Shown here piece after piece: positions 6,803 to 12,506 of a stretch of DNA of 12,506 nt. Within the stretch, counting starts at the first letter, position 1, and every line of letters begins with the position of its first letter. The position numbers and the translations under genes were made by a program. The stretch comes from Candidatus Helarchaeota archaeon (GTDB lineage Archaea > Asgardarchaeota > Lokiarchaeia > Helarchaeales > RDOG01), in contig JALGVI010000084.1 of the NCBI GenBank assembly GCA_029838215.1, positions 1 to 12,506 of the forward strand. Reading direction: 5' to 3'. The notes beneath the pieces are model-generated. The model had not been told where the DNA came from, searched no databases, and was given only the letters and a program-made list of their open reading frames with translations.

Positions 6803-7279
6803 GTGAAATCCTTGACTTATAGAATCTACGTGGATGATCCCAAATTGAATTTTAGCTCTGCACACTTCCTAGCCCAGCATCCCACGTGCGGAGCCATCCA
6901 CGGACATAATTATTCGGTCAAAATAAGCGTGTCATCGGCTTCGGGATTAAATGATTCTCACATGGTTATTGATTTTTATGACATTAAGAAGTTGATGACT
7001 GAAATCATCAAACCAATGGATCACAAGTTGATCTTGCCCGCAAAATCATCCCGTCTCAAAATTGACGAAGAAGGACCAAATTTAAGAATAAAAGTTATTG
7101 GTTCGGGTAAGGCCTATTCAATTCCACGAGAAGATACGTGTCTCCTGCCGATTCCAGAAACCACGGCAGAATGCATCGCCAAATTCATTCATGAATCGCT
7201 GAGGAAAAAATTGTCTAATTTTCAAATTCGAGTGATAATTAACGAAAACATCGGATCTCATGCGGTCTATAGTGATTAA
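6803..7279 (+). CDS. queD: 6-carboxy-5,6,7,8-tetrahydropterin synthase (QueD/PTPS family)
   Basis: FSSAH, CGAIHGHNY, DF-x2-IK, DHK, TTAE and terminal E motifs. True start may be TTG 6812, because AGGTGA at 6801-6806 looks like its SD. Confidence 0.88.
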   Translation: MKSLTYRIYVDDPKLNFSSAHFLAQHPTCGAIHGHNYSVKISVSSASGLNDSHMVIDFYDIKKLMTEIIKPMDHKLILPAKSSRLKIDEEGPNLRIKVIGSGKAYSIPREDTCLLPIPETTAECIAKFIHESLRKKLSNFQIRVIINENIGSHAVYSD

Positions 7280-7380
7280 ACAAGTCCATCAACAAATATT
7301 TTGAATGAACGATAAAATTTAAATCGTCTCATGGAATATATAAAATCAACATACAAAAAAAAATACAAAGTGAATGGAAC

Positions 7381-7527
7381 ATGTCATATATTTGTGGAAA
7401 ATGTGCCAGAGAGGTAGATGCGAAAGGTCTGGAATCGTTGCCGGGTGTTAAATGTCCACATTGCGGATATCGCATTCTAAAAAAAGTTAGACCTCCTGTC
7501 GTGAATAAAATCTCGGCTCGATATTAA
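7381..7527 (+). CDS. rpo12: DNA-directed RNA polymerase subunit Rpo12 (RpoP, Rpb12 homologue); absent from ORF track
   Basis: Manual translation MSYICGKCAREVDAKGLESLPGVKCPHCGYRILKKVRPPVVNKISARY (48 aa): Zn ribbon CxxC...CPxCGYRIL-x-K-x-RPP signature. Confidence 0.92.
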   Translation: MSYICGKCAREVDAKGLESLPGVKCPHCGYRILKKVRPPVVNKISARY

Positions 7528-7541
7528 TTTGAATACGATAA

Positions 7542-8078
7542 TTAATGATTTGAACCCATTTCAACAAGCATCTTTGCCAATTTTTTAAATGCTTCTTCTA
7601 CATTCATTGAGGTTTTTGCTGAGGTTTCAATAAAAGTCATGCTTAATTCTTCAGCCAATTTTTTCCCTTCTTCAGAAGTTACAATTGGATCTAAATCGTT
7701 CTTATTTGCAACGAGCAATTGCTTGAATTCCGTATCAATTGAAGACACAATTTCATCTCTCCATTTCCGGATTGCCTCAAAGCTATCACGCCTTGTGACG
7801 TCATAGACGTACACCACACCACTTGCAGTTCCGTAGAATTGCCGTCTTGTTCGCTCGAACAAGTCTTGTCCCGCAATATCCCAAATTATCAAATTAATTT
7901 CAGTGCCACTTTCTTCCGTATACGCCTTCCTTAATACGTTGGCACCCAGCGTTGCTTTATAATCATGTTCAAATGAATTTTTTACGAAACGAGTAATTAG
8001 ACTCGTTTTTCCGACAGCATATTCGCCTACAACGCAGACTTTGAATTTGTACTTCCCTTGCATGTTTACCGAATCCAA
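7542..8078 (-). CDS. Rab-like small GTPase (Ras superfamily); start may be ATG 8063
   Basis: G1 GEYAVGKT, G2 T, G3 WDIAGQ, G4 NKND, G5 TSAK. No C-terminal Cys prenylation motif. Confidence 0.93.
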   Translation of the reverse strand: MDSVNMQGKYKFKVCVVGEYAVGKTSLITRFVKNSFEHDYKATLGANVLRKAYTEESGTEINLIIWDIAGQDLFERTRRQFYGTASGVVYVYDVTRRDSFEAIRKWRDEIVSSIDTEFKQLLVANKNDLDPIVTSEEGKKLAEELSMTFIETSAKTSMNVEEAFKKLAKMLVEMGSNH

Positions 8079-8170
8079 TCATTAACTAAATCTGACTAAC
8101 TTCATCAAATTAATAAACGATTCGGAAAAATGTTTGTTCCTTAAAAGTGGAATTTTTTATGACGAAGTAA

Positions 8171-9364
8171 TTATCTGCCAATATCTTTCGGGGTCAGGAT
8201 GTTCCCACAAGCAGGGCATTCGGGTTCAAAACCCTTTATTAATAACTTAATTTCACGTTCTTCAATAATTTTTTTGCAAATGGGACAATGTGGTTTTAGG
8301 TCATACATGATTTGATGTTCATCAATTTCTTCGTAGTAAGTCGGCGTTTCAACTGCAAGATCTTCCTTATGGGGAATGATGTAAGTATTCCAACGTTCAA
8401 CAGAAATCTCGGGAAAAACATATCGGATCTGAAAATTCTTTTTAGTTACAAGCAGTAATTCATTTTCCTTTAGCCATTCAAGAACCTGATACATGGCACC
8501 TGCACTGAGTCCGGTAACTTCTATTACTTGTTCTTCCGTTAAATCTCGTTTCTTTAGTTCTTCAACCAATATTCTTGCGTTTTCTAGGGTTATTTCATCG
8601 GGAAGTGAGATTTCCTTCAGATATTCGGCAGGAAGATAAAGATATTCTTCTTCTTCGAAGAATTCTTGAATTCCCGAGCCAGAAATGTCGACATCTCGTT
8701 GAGGGTCGCCCGCCATTTCAACCGTTGGTTGATCCATTTCTTTATGTGGTTCTACGGGAACTGGTGAGGGTTCTTGAGATTGAATTGCAGACGGCACCAC
8801 GCTGAGTTTTTCCCTTTTTTCGGGAGAAATCATTGATTGTTCACCTGTCGCAGCCTTTTCGAGCTTCAAAACGAGATCGATTCCACTCGGTTCAGTTTTC
8901 TTAGCGGGTTTTTTCGGCATATCTTGTTTTACAATGAAAGTTGGCTTCACTTCTGCTACGGGTAGTTGGCTTTTTGTTGCCTCTAGCTCGGTGACTAATG
9001 TTGCGACATCAGATTTCTGCACGGTTCCAGTGGTACCTGTAGGGGCGTTCTCCTTTATATTTTCTAATGCAGAACTCATATTGATTGCGGCGTGCGTTTC
9101 TTCTATCGGTTTTGCTACTTCAATCTTCATTCGACTAACTCTTGGAGGAGCTACTTTTTTAGAGGGGATCGCTCGAGGCTCTTGCTGAGCTACAGGTTTC
9201 ACCCCAATGCCTTGTTTAATTGCAACATATTCAGGATCTAAGATTATGTCACGCATGAATTTTAATTTTGGACCTTTTACGTCACGTTGTTCTTCAGGTA
9301 ATGTTTGAATGATTTGTTTCATTTGATTTATCATTTTTACTAACGGTTCATTGATGTTATTCAT
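8171..9364 (-). CDS. Hypothetical protein: N-terminal helical part, long low-complexity linker, winged helix-turn-helix and C-terminal Zn ribbon
   Basis: Strong SD AGGAGG at 9377-9372. P/E/K/A/T/V-rich middle; wHTH-like ARILVEELKKRDLTEEQVIEVTGLSAGAMYQVLEWLKENELL; CPIC-x19-CPAC at the C-terminus. Confidence 0.8.
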   Translation of the reverse strand: MNNINEPLVKMINQMKQIIQTLPEEQRDVKGPKLKFMRDIILDPEYVAIKQGIGVKPVAQQEPRAIPSKKVAPPRVSRMKIEVAKPIEETHAAINMSSALENIKENAPTGTTGTVQKSDVATLVTELEATKSQLPVAEVKPTFIVKQDMPKKPAKKTEPSGIDLVLKLEKAATGEQSMISPEKREKLSVVPSAIQSQEPSPVPVEPHKEMDQPTVEMAGDPQRDVDISGSGIQEFFEEEEYLYLPAEYLKEISLPDEITLENARILVEELKKRDLTEEQVIEVTGLSAGAMYQVLEWLKENELLLVTKKNFQIRYVFPEISVERWNTYIIPHKEDLAVETPTYYEEIDEHQIMYDLKPHCPICKKIIEEREIKLLIKGFEPECPACGNILTPKDIGR

Positions 9365-9512
9365 TTGCGATCCTCCTATTAAATTCTAAAAATTAGTCAA
9401 GCATCTTAGTGCCGAATTAGTTTAGCATGACTTGTGAAATAAAGATAAATACGAAAATAAAAAATTAATTCAGGCTTTAACTCAGATAAGCACGATTTTA
9501 AAAATATCATAC

Positions 9513-9722
9513 TTGATGCAGGAAAATTCAATGAGAAAATTAAGTGCGTCTAGAAAAAATCTCATCCGATGTCCAAAATGCGGCTATTCCTTTAACATAA
9601 TGTACGCACGCATGACGGCTTGTGGTGATTGTCCTTCTGTCGCTCTAGGAAATTGCGGCATGATAAAATGTCCTTTCTGTAAGGAAGAATTTCCGATAGA
9701 AAAACGTCTTTATACAGTTTAA
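9513..9722 (+). CDS. Small 7-cysteine metal-binding protein at the head of the lipoate operon (start may be ATG 9516 or 9531)
   Basis: CPKC...YAR..ACGDCP...NCG..KCPFC; the stop codon lies 4 nt before the first possible lipS2 start. Confidence 0.75.
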   Translation: MMQENSMRKLSASRKNLIRCPKCGYSFNIMYARMTACGDCPSVALGNCGMIKCPFCKEEFPIEKRLYTV

Positions 9723-9726
9723 TTCA

Positions 9727-10734
9727 TTGCAAAACGTGGGTCCCGTGTCCATGATCAGATTATCGATGGGTACCGCTGCGGTATTAAACTTTTTCCCGTT
9801 AAAGATGGATGCAATTCCTACAACGGGATATTTCATGATACATGATGAAAGAAAGTGTATTGCAAATTGTCAATTCTGTCCACAAGCACGTGAGAGTAAA
9901 ACAAGTTCGGACATGCTTTCACGAATAAGGTGGCCTGCTTTTCCACTTTCAGAAGTTGTAGAACGCTTGAAACAGCAAGGTGAAAAATTACCTTTAAAAA
10001 GAATTTGCATTCAGACCATTAACGTTCCAGGATTGTTTCCCAAGCTTCTTTCCATCATTAAAATGATAAAATTAAATGTAGACATTCCAATCTCGGTTGC
10101 ATGTCATCCATTAGACGAGAAAGAAATGCAGGAATTACACGATGCAGGTGTAGACCGATTGGGCATTCCTTTAGATGCATCGACACCACATTTGTTTAAT
10201 GAAATAAAAGGAAGACATGCAAAGAGTCCATATGATTGGGATAAGCATGTAAGAGCGATAGAGCAAGCACAGAATATCTTTGGGAAAAATAGTATTTCAA
10301 CACATCTAATCGTAGGATTAGGCGAGACCGAGCGTGAAGCAATTGCTTTCATACAAAAAATGATAGAACTAAATGTCCTTACAGGGCTTTTTGCCTTTAC
10401 ACCAATAAAAGGGACGAAGTTAGAAACGAGGCAACAACCAGCACTCACGTCATATCGCAAGATTCAATTAGCGCGGTATCTCATGATTCACAACTTAACT
10501 TCGTTGAAGAGAATGCGCTTTAATGATAAGGGTGAATTGATTCAATTTGGCGTTGATAAAACAACCTTGAAAAGAATCATTTCAGGGGGTGTGCCTTTCC
10601 AGACCAGTGGATGTCCGAATTGTAACCGACCATATTACAATGAACGTCCGGGCGATAATTTATTTAATTATCCTAAACCATTAAAAGAAAACGAATTGAA
10701 TTTGGTTAAAGATAGTCTAAAGGAGTTTCTATGA
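9727..10734 (+). CDS. lipS2: Archaeal-type lipoyl synthase subunit LipS2 (radical SAM); start probably ATG 9751
   Basis: IRLSMGTA N-terminus, CIANCQFC radical SAM motif, and C-terminal TSGCPNCNRP matching the LipS2 signature TXGCPXC(N/D)RP described for the Thermococcus kodakarensis enzyme. Confidence 0.88.
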   Translation: MQNVGPVSMIRLSMGTAAVLNFFPLKMDAIPTTGYFMIHDERKCIANCQFCPQARESKTSSDMLSRIRWPAFPLSEVVERLKQQGEKLPLKRICIQTINVPGLFPKLLSIIKMIKLNVDIPISVACHPLDEKEMQELHDAGVDRLGIPLDASTPHLFNEIKGRHAKSPYDWDKHVRAIEQAQNIFGKNSISTHLIVGLGETEREAIAFIQKMIELNVLTGLFAFTPIKGTKLETRQQPALTSYRKIQLARYLMIHNLTSLKRMRFNDKGELIQFGVDKTTLKRIISGGVPFQTSGCPNCNRPYYNERPGDNLFNYPKPLKENELNLVKDSLKEFL

Positions 10735-10737
10735 AGC

Positions 10738-11514
10738 ATGAACAAATGGCGCTTAATAGACCTAAGCACGCACGATGCTTTTACAAATATGGCTATTGAT
10801 GAAGTCATCTTTAATGCTCGAATTCAAGATGAAGTCCCGAATACCATTAGATTTTATCGATGGAAGCCATCCGCTGTTTCAATAGGAAGAAATCAAAGCG
10901 TTGCTGTTGAAGTTGATGTAGATGCCTGTAAATCTTTGGGAATTGACATTGTTCGTCGCATTACGGGAGGAGGAGCCGTCTATCACGACTATGAGGGCGA
11001 GATCACGTACAGCATTATTGCACGAGAAGGTGAAGGAATCCCGAAAGACATCGATGAATCCTTCCGAAAACTCTGTAGGGGAATCATATTGGCACTTCGG
11101 AAGTTAGGACTGGAAGCAGAACACGGTGTTTTTCACTGTCCTTCGATTTTCGTCAAAAATCGGAAAATTTCGGGGAATGCACAGGTTCGAAAAAAAGGAG
11201 TCATTCTCCAACATGGTACCATTTTATTTGATTATGACCCATCTTTAATGTATTCTGTTTTAAAAGTCCGCGATGGTGTTAAAAAAGAAAAAGTCGTGAG
11301 ATCAGTTTATCAAAAAGTAACGACTATTAAACAAGAAATTTCGGATAAAAGTAAGATCAAAATGGATTTAGTGAAAAAATATCTAGTTGATGGCTTTCAA
11401 GAGGCGTTTAATGTTAGTTTTGAGGTTGGAAACCTCGAAGTATTTGAGAAAAATCGCTTGCATCAAAGTATTGAAAAATTCTCCTCAAAAAAATGGCTTT
11501 ATAGGATAGAATGA
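10738..11514 (+). CDS. Lipoate-protein ligase catalytic domain / LipM-like octanoyltransferase (no fused LplB domain)
   Basis: NMAIDE, RFYRW, SIGRNQ, RRITGGGAVYHD, RKISGNAQ and QHGTIL motifs; 258 aa. Confidence 0.9.
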   Translation: MNKWRLIDLSTHDAFTNMAIDEVIFNARIQDEVPNTIRFYRWKPSAVSIGRNQSVAVEVDVDACKSLGIDIVRRITGGGAVYHDYEGEITYSIIAREGEGIPKDIDESFRKLCRGIILALRKLGLEAEHGVFHCPSIFVKNRKISGNAQVRKKGVILQHGTILFDYDPSLMYSVLKVRDGVKKEKVVRSVYQKVTTIKQEISDKSKIKMDLVKKYLVDGFQEAFNVSFEVGNLEVFEKNRLHQSIEKFSSKKWLYRIE

Positions 11515-12506
11515 CTACCATGAAAAATCTTAGCACGTTTTTAGACGATTTAAAGAAAAAACCTTTTGATTTCGAGTGGAGCACGCAGATCTTGAATGCT
11601 TCAAAACAAGATCTTGACGAGATTTTAAAAGTCACTCGTGAAAAGACAGATCAACAATTTGGAAAAATCCTAAAAGGATTCGTTCCGGGTCGAACCTTTC
11701 CTGCCATTTCCATCACTGGCAAGCAATGCTCCTTAAACTGTGCACATTGCAACCACCATTATTTATCCAACATGCTTAATGGAAATACTCCTGAAAATCT
11801 TTGGAAAATTGCTGAAAAATTAGTCGAGAGAAAAGCCATTGGTTGTCTTTTAAGCGGTGGGTATGATAAGACAGCCCAAGTTCCATTTGCAAGGTTCTTG
11901 CCAACCATAAAACGCATCAAAGAAGAAACCTCTTTAATCCTAAATGTTCACGTGGGCATCATCCAAGAAGAAATGATTAGAAATCTTGAAGAAGTCGGTA
12001 TCGACATCGTTTCTTTTGACGTTGTTGGAAGCGATGAAACTATCAAAAAAGTATATGGTCTGGAGAGGTATTCTAAGGATTATCTTCGTTCATTGGAACT
12101 CCTAATGGCATCTAAAATTCCATTCGTCGTTCCACACGTGTGTGTTGGCTTGGATTTTGGTCAAATCGTGGGTGAAATTGAAGCATTAAAAAACTTGCAG
12201 GAATTAAAACCGAGTCTTCTCGTTTTTCTAGGACTCATTCCCACAAAAGGTACTCCAATGGAAGCAGTTAAAATCGACCCGCTCGATGTCGTGAAAGTCA
12301 TTGCCATTGCCAGATTGGCTTTCCCGCACGCTGAAATTGGTGTTGGATGCATGAGACCAGGTGGGAACATACGCCAAGAGATTGATGAGCTTAGTTTTAG
12401 AGCAGGCATAAATCGATTAGTACTTCCATCAAAACGTTTCCTAACAAGCATTAATTCTTTGGGTTATGAATACATCCAATACGATACATGTTGTGCTCTT
12501 CCTTCA
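11511..12506 (+). CDS. lipS1: Archaeal-type lipoyl synthase subunit LipS1 (radical SAM), 3'-truncated by the window edge; absent from ORF track
   Basis: ATG 11511 overlaps the upstream TGA (ATGA). 332 open codons containing FPAISITG, CSLNCAHC, LLSGG, VPHVCVG, GCMRP and terminal DTCCALPS, which match the LipS1 GC(M/A)R and CC signatures. Confidence 0.88.
   Translation, partial: MTTMKNLSTFLDDLKKKPFDFEWSTQILNASKQDLDEILKVTREKTDQQFGKILKGFVPGRTFPAISITGKQCSLNCAHCNHHYLSNMLNGNTPENLWKIAEKLVERKAIGCLLSGGYDKTAQVPFARFLPTIKRIKEETSLILNVHVGIIQEEMIRNLEEVGIDIVSFDVVGSDETIKKVYGLERYSKDYLRSLELLMASKIPFVVPHVCVGLDFGQIVGEIEALKNLQELKPSLLVFLGLIPTKGTPMEAVKIDPLDVVKVIAIARLAFPHAEIGVGCMRPGGNIRQEIDELSFRAGINRLVLPSKRFLTSINSLGYEYIQYDTCCALPS

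Noticed and set aside
7374-7451. Alternative 25-codon ORF starting at ATG 7374
   Set aside because: Out of frame with the clear Rpo12 coding frame beginning at 7381.
1119-11514. Selenocysteine or stop readthrough at TGA-terminated genes (J protein, OsmC-2, MtxX, aIF1, LipS2, ligase)
   Set aside because: Each TGA falls at the expected protein end and not at a catalytic Cys position. The redox-site residues in OsmC and thioredoxin are ordinary Cys codons, and I saw no SECIS-like hairpin.
1004-12451. Short antisense or alternative-frame ORFs in the track (e.g. 1004-1186, 1646-1879, 2219-2425, 2519-2719, 3308-3493, 3641-3832, 4839-5057, 5488-5694, 5607-5942, 5737-5940, 6109-6357, 6532-6723, 7691-7876, 8575-8805, 8934-9188, 9645-9836, 10104-10460, 10922-11107, 11414-11635, 12161-12451)
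   Set aside because: All overlap well-supported genes, show no recognisable motifs, and are expected shadow ORFs.
9727-12506. Biotin synthase (BioB) call for the two radical SAM genes
   Set aside because: They carry the LipS1 and LipS2 signature motifs and flank a lipoate ligase gene.
1-12506. CRISPR arrays, tRNA/rRNA genes, transposases, integrases or terminal inverted repeats
   Set aside because: By eye there are no periodic repeats, cloverleaf-compatible sequences or mobile-element ORFs, and intergenic gaps are short (about 150 nt or less). A covariance-model scan would be needed to exclude small ncRNAs.

Overview
AT-rich, gene-dense archaeal chromosomal window, most likely from an Asgard archaeon. 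This is inferred from a Rab-like small GTPase lying among archaeal informational genes (aIF1/SUI1, RNA polymerase subunit Rpo12) and from AGGAGGTGA-type Shine-Dalgarno (SD) sites. In order it encodes: a partial 4-TM membrane protein, a J-domain protein, two tandem OsmC-like paralogues, an M42 aminopeptidase, an MtxX/methanogenesis-marker-4 protein, thioredoxin, aIF1, a B12-binding-like/TRAM radical SAM enzyme with a split cysteine motif, QueD, Rpo12, the Rab-like GTPase, and a disordered protein ending in a winged helix plus Zn ribbon. The window ends in a lipoate-assembly operon (7-Cys small protein, lipS2, lipoate ligase/LipM-like gene, partial lipS1). Three genes are absent from the ORF track: the membrane protein, rpo12 and lipS1. 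The most striking observation concerns aIF1. Its conserved N-terminal Cys-rich segment lies upstream of the only ATG, in a stretch closed by an in-frame TAA and lacking ATG/GTG/TTG. An ATA codon sits at the window's usual SD spacing, suggesting near-cognate-start autoregulation like bacterial infC/IF3 and eukaryotic eIF1. I saw no rRNA, tRNA, CRISPR array or mobile element. All family calls come from motif recognition by eye; no database searches were run.
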